A stretch of 64,000 bases of DNA from an uncultured archaeon (GTDB lineage Archaea > Iainarchaeota > Iainarchaeia > Iainarchaeales > 1-14-0-10-31-34), in contig CAYTYC010000002.1 in NCBI GenBank assembly GCA_964442255.1, positions 730-64,729 of the forward strand, read 5' to 3'. The stretch's first letter is position 1. The number at the start of each line of letters is the position of its first letter. Positions 26,094 through 35,216 of the stretch are shown here, piece after piece. Under the pieces are notes generated by a model. It did not search any database, was not told the DNA's origin, and saw only the letters and a list, made by a program, of their open reading frames with translations. Both the position numbers and the translations under genes were made by a program.

Positions 26094-27433
26094 AATTTTT
26101 CCATGAACCCCTGCACAGTTATTTTCCCGTTAAGCAAACCCTTAACCATGTCAAACGGGGTTCCTTCAACTCCGTCAATGAATCCAAAGTGTTCAGTGAA
26201 CATTAACGTCAAAGAATATAAGGCCAGAACTGCCCCCAAAGCTATTCCGAGTTTCCTGTGCTTTTTCAGAAAAACTGAATAGCCCACAACGAACACCGGA
26301 AAAAGGGAAGTCAAATACCTCTGGGAAAAGCTCCAGCCCCCGCTCCACTCCGAAAAAAAACTGTACGCAACAGTCAGGCTCAAAAACATTCCTAAAAAGA
26401 AAACCCCCGGGCCCCTTTTTTCCTTAACCAAATAAATCAAGCCAATGATTGAAAGAACAGTCAACGGAGACCACAGAAAGAGCCCGTGCACAGGGTTTAA
26501 CAGGATGTTCAGGAAATTCATTGCAGGAATTGGCGCGGCACTGCTTGAAGCAATCAACGCAATGTTTTCCTCTCCCATTGCCCCAATGTGTGCGTTCCAG
26601 TAAAAAGGCAAAACCCAAATCAATGACAGAAACCCCGCCCCTAAATGCTTTGTGTGCCCCATTTTCTTAAAATAAATATAGTAAACGAAAAGAAAAACAA
26701 AGAACACCGCATTCGCATATCTCACCCACATGCTTGCCGCCAAAAGTGCTCCGACAAAAAACTGGTATTTTGGGTTTTTGTCCCTTAAAAACAGAAACAG
26801 GAATACAAACAAGCTGATCACAAAAGCGTCAACTGCATGAGTGAAAGAGGGAACAAAAACAGAGTAGTAAAGCAGAGGCGTTGAAACGAAAACCGCCAGC
26901 ACAGTGAAGGAAGACTTTTTCAGTTTTAGTTGCCCCAAAATCCCCAGGCAAATGAAAAGAGTCAATATCCCGTAAAAGTTGCTTGAAATGTTCACTGAAG
27001 CCATGTGAATCCATAACTCTTCAACTGTTCCCTGCACTCCAAGCTCTGCAGAAAATTTTGCCTGAAAAAAGCCATCCAAAGCCAAAGCAACAATATAAAA
27101 AGGGGCATTAAAGAGCGCGGTCCCAAATGAAGCATTTGTATTGAATCTTTCATGTTTTGGGTCCCATGTCACCAGATAAATGTGCTGGTCTGGTTCCTGC
27201 ATTACCTGGTTTGTTAACTCAAAGTCAAGGTCCTGGGCCATTGATTTCATTAGTGTGTAATGCGCAAACCCGTCGCTCCAGACAACGTAGCTGTTAAAGT
27301 TTGCCGCAAAAAAAACAAACACCGCCGCAACAAACAAACACTGTTTGTGCCTTGACGCGAATTCCTTGACTTTTTTGAAGGAGGGTTTCTCCATTTTTCC
27401 GCCTTGCCAGTGTTTAATAATTTTTCCGCTCAA
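26048..27433 (-). CDS. Polytopic membrane protein, possibly a GT-C-type glycosyltransferase.
   Basis: First TM, then a ~90-aa loop carrying acidic motifs (SDGFAHY, DLDFE), then more than 10 TM helices. It is convergent with the upstream GT2 and overlaps it by about 46 nt. Confidence 0.4.
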   Translation of the reverse strand: MSGKIIKHWQGGKMEKPSFKKVKEFASRHKQCLFVAAVFVFFAANFNSYVVWSDGFAHYTLMKSMAQDLDFELTNQVMQEPDQHIYLVTWDPKHERFNTNASFGTALFNAPFYIVALALDGFFQAKFSAELGVQGTVEELWIHMASVNISSNFYGILTLFICLGILGQLKLKKSSFTVLAVFVSTPLLYYSVFVPSFTHAVDAFVISLFVFLFLFLRDKNPKYQFFVGALLAASMWVRYANAVFFVFLFVYYIYFKKMGHTKHLGAGFLSLIWVLPFYWNAHIGAMGEENIALIASSSAAPIPAMNFLNILLNPVHGLFLWSPLTVLSIIGLIYLVKEKRGPGVFFLGMFLSLTVAYSFFSEWSGGWSFSQRYLTSLFPVFVVGYSVFLKKHRKLGIALGAVLALYSLTLMFTEHFGFIDGVEGTPFDMVKGLLNGKITVQGFMEKFYRFSLLDNLAGFFK

Positions 27434-27484
27434 TTACCTTATCTAAAACATCAATGAATATTTTAATACTAGTGACGGGAGAAA

Positions 27485-28738
27485 ATGGCTGACAGATTGC
27501 TGAAGTACGGAAGCCTTTTGTTTGTCGTGAACGTGTTTGCGGCATTCGTGAACTACCTGTTTCACGTTGTCTTGGGCAGAATGCTTGGCCCTGCGGAGTA
27601 CGGGGCGTTTGCCTCTCTCCTCGCCTTTTTCTATGTTTTGTCAGCCCCCACCCTCACAATCCAGACAACGCTCGCAAACTTTGTTTCAAAATTCAATTTC
27701 CTGAAAAAATTTGATGAAGTAGGCTGCCTTCTTTCCAGGGCGACCAAAAAATTCTTGGTTTACTTTTCGGCGGCCTTTGTTTTGATTGCCTTGTTCAGCG
27801 GAACCATTTCGGATTTTCTTCACATTTCTTCTCCTTTGCCTGTAATCCTTTTAGGGCTTCTTGTATTGTTTTATTCCCTTTTGTTTGTTCCCTTGGGTTT
27901 TTTGCAGGGGCTGCAGAGGTTTGTTGAATTCAGCGCAACATCGCTTTTGATGTCTGTCCTGAAGCTTTTGCTTGCGGTTCTGTTTGTTTGGCTTGGTTTT
28001 GCGGTAAGCGGGGCGTTGTTTGGCTTTGCTTTGGCTGCACTCATTGCCCTTTTTCTTGGCTTGTTTTTCTTGAGGGGCTTTTTCGGGGGAAAAAAAGTCT
28101 TGGTTGGAAAAAAGGCGATTTACGCCTATTCTTTTCCTGTTCTTGCGGCGTTTTTCTGCCTGATGGTTTTGATTCATGTTGACGTCGTATTGGTGAAGCA
28201 TTTTTTCTCTTCCGTTGACGCAGGGAATTATGCGGTTGCGTCAGTTCTCGCGAAAGTCATTTACTTTATGGCCCTTTCCCTGGCTATCGTGTTTTTCCCG
28301 ATGGCCGCGGAGGAAGCAAACCCACGGAAAGTTTTTTCCCTTCTGAAAAAGGGCCTGATTTATGTCTTTGCTTTCTCTTCCTTGGTTGCGTTTGTTTACT
28401 GGTTTTTCCCTTACTTTGTCGTGCTTCTTTTCTTTGGCTTGCCTTACGTTAACTCCGCCGGGCTCATTGGCTTGTTCGGGCTTGCAATGACTTTTTTTGC
28501 CTTAACCAATGTACTGGTCTACTACAGCCTTGCGCTCAACAAGAAAAGATTTTTGTTTCCCCTGATTTTTTTCACTTTTTCAGAACCCGTACTGATTCTT
28601 TTCTTCCACGCCTCCTTGGTTCAGGTTTTGCATATAATGGTTTCAGTCAATGCCTTGCTGTTTTTCTCGCTTTTAATTAACATGCTTTTAGGAGTTAATA
28701 AGAAGAAAGTTCAACGAATCCCTTTTTCCGGCCCTTAA
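27485..28738 (+). CDS. wzx: Wzx-type flippase (MOP superfamily), second copy.
   Basis: The N-terminus LLKYGSLLFVVNVFAAFVNYLFHVVLGRMLGPAEYGAFASL fits the family. About 12 TM over 417 aa. Confidence 0.75.
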   Translation: MADRLLKYGSLLFVVNVFAAFVNYLFHVVLGRMLGPAEYGAFASLLAFFYVLSAPTLTIQTTLANFVSKFNFLKKFDEVGCLLSRATKKFLVYFSAAFVLIALFSGTISDFLHISSPLPVILLGLLVLFYSLLFVPLGFLQGLQRFVEFSATSLLMSVLKLLLAVLFVWLGFAVSGALFGFALAALIALFLGLFFLRGFFGGKKVLVGKKAIYAYSFPVLAAFFCLMVLIHVDVVLVKHFFSSVDAGNYAVASVLAKVIYFMALSLAIVFFPMAAEEANPRKVFSLLKKGLIYVFAFSSLVAFVYWFFPYFVVLLFFGLPYVNSAGLIGLFGLAMTFFALTNVLVYYSLALNKKRFLFPLIFFTFSEPVLILFFHASLVQVLHIMVSVNALLFFSLLINMLLGVNKKKVQRIPFSGP

Positions 28739-29417
28739 CTTTTTTTTTTGCGCAGACAAAGACTTCCTGGGACGCAAAACCAAAATCCAAGTCAAATGGA
28801 AACCTTAACCCAAAGATTTTGAGGGTAAATCCCTTTAAGGTAAAGGAATCAAAGCCGCCTGAAAAAACTATTTCAGCGCCTGAAGAGGAAACCGCTTTTT
28901 CCAGGGACTTAACTGAATAATTTTTCTCGTAGCCGTGCACCCAGCGCTTTCCTTTCAGTTTCCTGTACGCCTGCCAGAGGTTGAATCTTCCTGGAACAAA
29001 AACCAACAGAAGCCCTTCCTTGCTTAAAACCCGGGCCATTTCGCTTAACGCCTTTTTTTCCGATTCAAAGTGTTCAATTACCCCCGCATTGAAAACCAGG
29101 TCAAAAGAGTTTTCCTTAAACGGAAGCCTTTCAATGTCTCCCTGCACAGTTCCCGGGATTTCTTTCTTTACCTGCGGTAAAGCTGTCTTGCTCAAGTCAA
29201 GGGCAAAACGCTTGTTTTCTTTTTTAAGCAGCCGGATGTTTGAACCCGTACCGCATCCGGCTTCAAGAATCCGGGGATTTTTTTTTCCGATCCTTTCAAG
29301 CGCTTTTTTTATTTCCTTGTTTCTTTTTTCAATGTAAAACTTTTCCGCTTTTGATGTGCGGTGAGTTTTCCAGAAATCGTCCCATGTTTTCATGTCCTCA
29401 ACGCCAATTAAAAGCAA
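28695..29417 (-). CDS. Class I SAM-dependent methyltransferase.
   Basis: Motif I is ILEAGCGTGSNIRLL. Downstream motif II is DLVFNAGVIEHF. Confidence 0.8.
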   Translation of the reverse strand: MLLIGVEDMKTWDDFWKTHRTSKAEKFYIEKRNKEIKKALERIGKKNPRILEAGCGTGSNIRLLKKENKRFALDLSKTALPQVKKEIPGTVQGDIERLPFKENSFDLVFNAGVIEHFESEKKALSEMARVLSKEGLLLVFVPGRFNLWQAYRKLKGKRWVHGYEKNYSVKSLEKAVSSSGAEIVFSGGFDSFTLKGFTLKIFGLRFPFDLDFGFASQEVFVCAKKKVKGRKKGFVELSSY

Positions 29418-29464
29418 AAGTTTTTTTACTATGGTTGGTCATACCATTTTTTGCGGGGGATTAA

Positions 29465-30550
29465 ATGAAGATTTTGTGGCTCAGCTGGAAGGACATCAAG
29501 CACCCGTGGGCCGGGGGCGCGGAAAGGATAAGCTTTGGCTTGATGAAACGGCTTGTAAAGTCAGGGCATGAACTCACTTTATTCACCTCAACCTTTGACG
29601 GCTGCAGGGCGCTGGAAAAAATCGAGGGAGTCAATGTTGTGAGGGACGGCGGGAGATACACTGTTTACCTTAAAGCATTCAATTATTACAGGAAGAAAGC
29701 AAAAGGAAAATTCGATTTGATTGTCGATGAAATAAACACAATTCCTTTTTTCAGCCCCCTTTACGTTAAAGAAAAAAGGCTTGCTCTGCTTTACCAGCTT
29801 TCAAGAAAAGTTTGGTTCTTTGAAATGCCATTTCCTGTTTCGTGGATAGGTTATTTTCTTGAGCCCCTTTTCCTCCGCCTTTACAGAAAAGACTGCCTTG
29901 TAACTATTTCCAGTTCAACAAGGCAGGACCTTGAAGAAGCAGGAATTTCAAACATTGATTTGCTTCCGGTGTGCATAAACTTCAAGCCCCTTCTACGGCC
30001 TCCCGTAAAGGAAAAAAAGCCAACTCTTTTGTTTGTCGGCAGGCTTACTCGGGGCAAGCGCCCTGACCACGCTTTTGAGGCATTTAAGCTAGCGAAAAAG
30101 GAAATCCCTGACCTGCAGTTATGGATTGCCGGAAGCGGATTTTTCGCGGAGAAACTCAGGAACATTGTTCATAAAGGATTCAAGTTTTTTGGCTATCTTC
30201 CATTAAAAAAGAAAGCCGAGTTAATGCAAAAAGCGCACCTCGTTCTTGTCACAAGCGTAAGGGAGGGCTGGTGCCTGGTTGTAACCGAAGCAAATGCCCG
30301 CGGAACCCCTGCAGTCGGCTACAACATTCCTGGGCTAACGGAGTCAATTAAAGACGGAAAAACCGGCTCAATTGTTGAACCCGACCCGGAGGCAATGGCA
30401 AAAGAAGTCGTCAGAATACTGAAAAACAAAAAGTTATGCAAAAAACTAAGCTTAAATGCGCTGAAAGACTCAAGGAATTACACCTGGGACAAAACGGAAA
30501 AAGCCTTTAAGAACATTCTTTCAAAGACTGTTAAACAAAATAAAACCTAA
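29465..30550 (+). CDS. Family 4 (GT-B) glycosyltransferase.
   Basis: The N-terminus is MKILWLSW...AGGAERISFGLMKRLVKSGHELTLFT. The C-terminal EGWCLVVTEANARGTPAV...DGKTG is an E-x7-E-type motif. Confidence 0.85.
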   Translation: MKILWLSWKDIKHPWAGGAERISFGLMKRLVKSGHELTLFTSTFDGCRALEKIEGVNVVRDGGRYTVYLKAFNYYRKKAKGKFDLIVDEINTIPFFSPLYVKEKRLALLYQLSRKVWFFEMPFPVSWIGYFLEPLFLRLYRKDCLVTISSSTRQDLEEAGISNIDLLPVCINFKPLLRPPVKEKKPTLLFVGRLTRGKRPDHAFEAFKLAKKEIPDLQLWIAGSGFFAEKLRNIVHKGFKFFGYLPLKKKAELMQKAHLVLVTSVREGWCLVVTEANARGTPAVGYNIPGLTESIKDGKTGSIVEPDPEAMAKEVVRILKNKKLCKKLSLNALKDSRNYTWDKTEKAFKNILSKTVKQNKT

Positions 30551-30562
30551 AAGGGTCTTTGA

Positions 30563-32359
30563 ATGCGTTTCGGGGAATTTTTCCGGTTTTCAAACAAAAA
30601 GTTTTTGCTCTTGTTTTTCTTCCTGCTTTTCTTTGTTTTCTTCCGCTTCCAGCCGATTCCCTTTAACGGAGACGATTTTGGTTACCTTACAACATACAAA
30701 ACCGTTTTCCCGGGACCAATTACGGCGGAAACCCTGGATGAATTAAGCCAGCTGAATGTCCTTCCCAGGCCTTTTGCTTTGCTTATTTTTTTTCCAATAA
30801 TTTTTCTCTTCGGCTTTGGCCCTTATGTTTTGGTTTACGCAATGCATTTTTCCGCTGTGGGGATAACCCTTGCAATGCTTTACCTGAATTTTAAGTTGTT
30901 CTCAAAGCGTTACGGCTTTAACACAGGGGCGCTCTCCACGTTTCTTCTTGCAACAACTTACACAACCTCTTATGTAATCGGCTACATTGGAACCCTTAAC
31001 ATCACGCTTAGTGCGGTTTACTGGCTGGCTTTTCTGTTACTTTTGAATTCCTTCAGTAAAACCAAAAACCTGCTTATCGCGTCACTACTGGTTGCGGTTG
31101 CGTTGTTTACGCGTGAGGCGATTGGAGTTGCTTTCCTTGCAGTTATTGTTTTCCTTTTGTTTGTGGATTTAATTAATTTCACCCAAAAAAAGCCAGGCGC
31201 AATCTCTTCTTTCATGGGGCTTGCAAAAAAGTACGCAATCCTTTTCCTTCCATTTATTGTTTTTTGGGCTTTTTTAACTATCTTCTTTGGCGGAATTGGG
31301 GGCTTCCAGCAGGGGATGATGGAGGAAAACTTTTTCCTGGCCGCAAAAGATTTTTTCCTTCCGCCCAATGAATCCGGAATACTCTATTATGCCACTTATT
31401 TCACCCAAAACTATTTGGCCCCAATTTTCCTGTTTGCCTTTGCGCTTCTCGCTTTTTCTTTTCTTCGTTCGCCTTCCTTCACCTTTCCTTCAGTTGGCTC
31501 TTTCATCAACCGCCACCTCTTTTCACTTGTTTTGCTTGCCTCGCTTGCGGGAATGGCTGTGCCAATTTTCTTGAATTCCCATGAAGCATTCAGATATTTG
31601 GCTCCGGTTCTTCCAATTATCTTTGTTTTCTTTTCCAAAATATTTTCCGACCACCTGCTCTCAAAACTGGATTCAATGCCTCTTAAGCTCTTGGCTTTGG
31701 GTTTTTTCCTTAACCTTGTTTTCTGGATTCTGTTCTTCAATGCATGGATTTTTTCCCCTGAAGCCGCAACACTTTTACTGAACATTTTTTTCTTTTTTAT
31801 TTTGGCGTTTTCCTTTTCTCCGATTTTTTTTGCATTGCTGAAAGGGCTTCCAAGAAAACAGCGCCTCCTGAATTCCGCTCTCGCGGTTCTGCTTGTCCTT
31901 CTTTCAGTTTCAGTCGTAGCTCAAGTGAATGAAGTTTACGGGGGCTTTTACTCCGTGCACTACACTAACTCCAAACTAGCCTTTGACTCCGGGCTTTTCA
32001 TTGCCTCTTCATTTCCTGAAAACTCCCGTGTTTTTACAGTGCAAGCGCATCCCTGGTTTTGGTGGGGCTCAATGAAGGCCCTTGGAAGGGAAGACACAAT
32101 TATCGTGCACAGGGTTCCTGAACCAAGTGAACTTAACCAAAAGGATTTTCTCATCCAAAACAGTATTGATGGAGGCAACTCTATCCAAAAATTTGTTGAC
32201 GAAAACCCCGAAAAATTCCGTGAACTAAAAAGCTTTGGTGAGGAGTACCGGTTCCATCCCCGGTCAACTTTAAGCGTCAAAATGCTTTCAGAAAAACTTC
32301 TGTTGTTTGAATTCTTCCGGGACAGGTCCCCGGAAATAATATTATTTGAAGTCAGGTGA
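30563..32359 (+). CDS. GT-C-fold membrane glycosyltransferase (putative).
   Basis: An N-terminal TM is followed by a loop-1 motif FNGDDFGYL (acidic DD at codons around 30671). There are more than 11 TM and a ~130-aa C-terminal soluble domain. Total 598 aa. Confidence 0.55.
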   Translation: MRFGEFFRFSNKKFLLLFFFLLFFVFFRFQPIPFNGDDFGYLTTYKTVFPGPITAETLDELSQLNVLPRPFALLIFFPIIFLFGFGPYVLVYAMHFSAVGITLAMLYLNFKLFSKRYGFNTGALSTFLLATTYTTSYVIGYIGTLNITLSAVYWLAFLLLLNSFSKTKNLLIASLLVAVALFTREAIGVAFLAVIVFLLFVDLINFTQKKPGAISSFMGLAKKYAILFLPFIVFWAFLTIFFGGIGGFQQGMMEENFFLAAKDFFLPPNESGILYYATYFTQNYLAPIFLFAFALLAFSFLRSPSFTFPSVGSFINRHLFSLVLLASLAGMAVPIFLNSHEAFRYLAPVLPIIFVFFSKIFSDHLLSKLDSMPLKLLALGFFLNLVFWILFFNAWIFSPEAATLLLNIFFFFILAFSFSPIFFALLKGLPRKQRLLNSALAVLLVLLSVSVVAQVNEVYGGFYSVHYTNSKLAFDSGLFIASSFPENSRVFTVQAHPWFWWGSMKALGREDTIIVHRVPEPSELNQKDFLIQNSIDGGNSIQKFVDENPEKFRELKSFGEEYRFHPRSTLSVKMLSEKLLLFEFFRDRSPEIILFEVR

Positions 32360-32966
32360 ATCTTTTTTTTGCTGTTTTCCTGAATTTTGTTATGTGGCTC
32401 AGGCACAGCCTGTAAAAGGGAAAAGGGACCTTTTTTGTTTCCCGTATCTCCAGGCCAAAAAGTGATTCAATTTCTTTTGGAGTGAATCGGTTCAAATGCG
32501 CGGGCACCCTTAAAGGAAACCTTAACACAAAAAGCCTTCCAAGCCGGAGGTTGGTTTCGTTTGGCGCGGAAATTACTATCTCTCCACTGTCCTTTGCAAC
32601 CCTCTTGATTTCCTTTATGGCTTTCCTGTAATCCTTTACGTGCTCCAAGACTTCAGAGCACACCACTGTGTCAAATGTTCTGCTTTTGAAGGGCAGTTTT
32701 GAGGCATCCGATTTAACCAAAAGGAATGTTTTGTTTTTTTCTTTTGCCTTTATTAGCTTCTCTTCCAGTGGGTCAATTCCGAAACGTTTTCCCTTAACTT
32801 TGATTAAAAAAAAACCTTCCCCGCAGCCTACATCCAGGATTTTTCCCTTCGGCTTAACCATTTTTGCCACTTCATTCAGCCTCTGGTTGTGGAAAAACTT
32901 GATTAACGGGTTTCTTGCGTTGTAGACGTCCTTGTCCTGGTCTGATTCAATTGCCCTTTCTTCCAT
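32352..32966 (-). CDS. Class I SAM-dependent methyltransferase.
   Basis: Motif I is ILDVGCGEGFFLIKV and motif II is DTVVCSEVLEHV. The ORF track extends to 33113, where it would overlap the divergent GT2. The internal ATG (MEERAIE...) at 32966 is preferred. Confidence 0.75.
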   Translation of the reverse strand: MEERAIESDQDKDVYNARNPLIKFFHNQRLNEVAKMVKPKGKILDVGCGEGFFLIKVKGKRFGIDPLEEKLIKAKEKNKTFLLVKSDASKLPFKSRTFDTVVCSEVLEHVKDYRKAIKEIKRVAKDSGEIVISAPNETNLRLGRLFVLRFPLRVPAHLNRFTPKEIESLFGLEIRETKKVPFPFYRLCLSHITKFRKTAKKRFT

Positions 32967-33035
32967 GCTTCCGATAATTTTTAACGTCAATCTGTTTTTT
33001 ATTCTTTTGTGGCTTATTTGCTCTGGGTTGTTTTC

Positions 33036-33743
33036 ATGGATAAAAGCCTGAGCATCATCATTCCGGCCTACAACGAGGAAAACAGGGTTCTTCCCACAAT
33101 AGAATCGTATCATTCTTTTTTTTCCCGCAAATTCAAGGACTTTGAGTTGATTGTTGTGTGCAACAACTGCTCTGATTCAACCCCTAAAAAAGCGGAACAG
33201 GTCAGCAGAAGATTAAAAAATCTCAGATGCCTGAATTTTCCTTTTTACACAGGGAAAGGCGGCGCGGTTTACAGGGGTTTTGATGCCGCAAGCGGCGAAA
33301 TGCTTGGGTTTACTGACGCGGACAACTCCATCCCTCCGGAAGAATTTGAAAAAATTGTGAAGGCCTTGTCTGAAGGCAATGCGGATGCCGCAATCGGTTC
33401 CCGTGCATTAAGGAATTCAGTGATAGAAAAAAGACAGCCTCCCCACAGGGTCTTCAGCGCAAAGGCTTTTAGCTTGCTTGTTAACCTGATGTTTTCTTTG
33501 GGAATCCCTGACACCCAATGCGGGGCAAAGGCATTCAAAAAAACCGCGGTAAAAAAAATTAAAAATTCTTTAAAGTCTACGGGCTGGGAGTTTGATGTGG
33601 AGCTTTTATGGAAACTGAAAAAAAATGGCTTTAAAATAAGGCAGGTTCCGGTTAAGTGGACCGATTCAGAGGAAACAAAGTTCAGTTTTTCTGCGGTTCC
33701 GGGAATGTTTTTTAGCCTGCTTAAAATAAGGCTCGGCCTTTGA
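33036..33743 (+). CDS. Dpm1-like GT2, a polyprenyl/dolichyl-phosphate hexosyltransferase.
   Basis: It has LSIIIPAYNEENRVLPTIES...ELIVVCNNCSDST...FTDADNS (DxD). The ~235-aa soluble GT-A is typical of Dol-P-Man/Glc synthases. Confidence 0.8.
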   Translation: MDKSLSIIIPAYNEENRVLPTIESYHSFFSRKFKDFELIVVCNNCSDSTPKKAEQVSRRLKNLRCLNFPFYTGKGGAVYRGFDAASGEMLGFTDADNSIPPEEFEKIVKALSEGNADAAIGSRALRNSVIEKRQPPHRVFSAKAFSLLVNLMFSLGIPDTQCGAKAFKKTAVKKIKNSLKSTGWEFDVELLWKLKKNGFKIRQVPVKWTDSEETKFSFSAVPGMFFSLLKIRLGL

Positions 33744-33749
33744 ATTCGC

Positions 33750-35183
33750 CTACGAAAAAGCCCGGATCATTTTCAGCCCCTGAATGTTTCTTTTGATGTC
33801 TGTCCATCCCCGTATCTTCAGAATCCTTTTAAGTACATAATTTGGCCGCAAATAAAATTTCCTGAACGCCTTTTTTTGGAGTTCCTTTATTTCCTCAATG
33901 CTTTTGTATCCGTGGGGAATGAAAACAGGCTCCCAAATGCTGTACTTGTCAAAGTCTTCAATCAGTTTTCCGTATTTTTTTGCGTCCTCGTAAAGCTGTG
34001 TCCCGGGAAAAGGGGTTGTGATGCAGAACTGCGCGTAATCCACGTCAAGTTCAACTGCAAAGTCAATTGTTTTTTCCGCAAGTTCAGGCGTTTCTCCCGG
34101 CAACGCAAGCATGAAGGAGCCCCTCGCCTCAATTCCGGCTTCTTTTGTCAGCTTCACCGCCTTCCTTATCTGCTCCGGGTTTGTCCGCTTGTTTATTATG
34201 TCCAACAGCTTTTGGCTTCCGCTTTCAATTCCGTAAAAAATGTTCCAGCACCCGGCTTCCTTCATTTTATCCAAAAGCCCTTTGTCAACAGTATTCACCC
34301 TGCCGTAACAGCTCCAAGTCAAGTCCAGTTTTTCTTTAATCATCAAATCGCATAATTCATGGAGCCATTTTTTGTTTGCTGTGAGGGTGTCGTCCCAGAA
34401 GGAAATTTCTTTTATCCCGAATTCTTTAATGATTCGCTTCATTTCTTCCACTGCCTTGAAAGGGCTTCTTGCCCGTATTTTTCTTCCAAACATTGAGTGG
34501 CTTGAGCAATAAGTGCAGTTGTATGGGCATCCCCTGATTAAAACCATGTTCGCCACTGGCTTTCTTTTGTACTGGTTTGGAAGAGGCAGATACTTTTCCA
34601 TTGGCAGGAGCTCCCTTGCCGGAAACGGAAGCTTGTCTAAATCTTCTATGAGCTCCCTTGGCTTTGTTTTAACTATTTTTTCCCCTGACAAAAAATAGAT
34701 TCCATCAATTTTTTTGAGCTTCTCCTTTTTTTCAATTATTTTTTTGTCCCGCTTTAATTCGCTTAAAAGTTCCGTGAAAGTTTTTTCGCCTTCCCCGTAA
34801 ACCAGGACATCAAAAACCCCTTTTTTCATTACCTCTTCCGGCAGGATTGTTGCATGGTGTCCCCCGACAACAAGAACAATTTCCGGAAACCTTTCCCTCA
34901 GCTTCTCTGCGAGAAAAAGTGTTCTGTTAAAGGTCGGCGTCAAAGAGGAAAACCCGACAACCATTGGCCTGAGTTCCGCTATTTTTTCCAGCACGCCTTC
35001 CATTGAAAGCCCTAAAACAGGGGCATCCAGAATTCCTGCGCTGAAGCCCTCTTCTTTCAGCACGGCTGCAAGCGTGGCGAGCCCCAATGGAGGCATATGC
35101 CCCCCGACATCCCCAACCCCGTGAGCATATCTTTCATCTATTGAAATGGGGGGAAAAACCAGCAGGCAGTCCAGCATACCCAC
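33750..35183 (-). CDS. Class B (B12-binding) radical SAM enzyme.
   Basis: An N-terminal cobalamin-binding Rossmann-like domain (VLVVGGHHAT...) is followed by a radical SAM core with CPYNCTYC (CxxxCxxC). Length is 477 aa. Confidence 0.85.
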   Translation of the reverse strand: MGMLDCLLVFPPISIDERYAHGVGDVGGHMPPLGLATLAAVLKEEGFSAGILDAPVLGLSMEGVLEKIAELRPMVVGFSSLTPTFNRTLFLAEKLRERFPEIVLVVGGHHATILPEEVMKKGVFDVLVYGEGEKTFTELLSELKRDKKIIEKKEKLKKIDGIYFLSGEKIVKTKPRELIEDLDKLPFPARELLPMEKYLPLPNQYKRKPVANMVLIRGCPYNCTYCSSHSMFGRKIRARSPFKAVEEMKRIIKEFGIKEISFWDDTLTANKKWLHELCDLMIKEKLDLTWSCYGRVNTVDKGLLDKMKEAGCWNIFYGIESGSQKLLDIINKRTNPEQIRKAVKLTKEAGIEARGSFMLALPGETPELAEKTIDFAVELDVDYAQFCITTPFPGTQLYEDAKKYGKLIEDFDKYSIWEPVFIPHGYKSIEEIKELQKKAFRKFYLRPNYVLKRILKIRGWTDIKRNIQGLKMIRAFS

Positions 35184-35216
35184 TTAATACCTGGAAAACA
35201 TTATTAAACACTTTTA

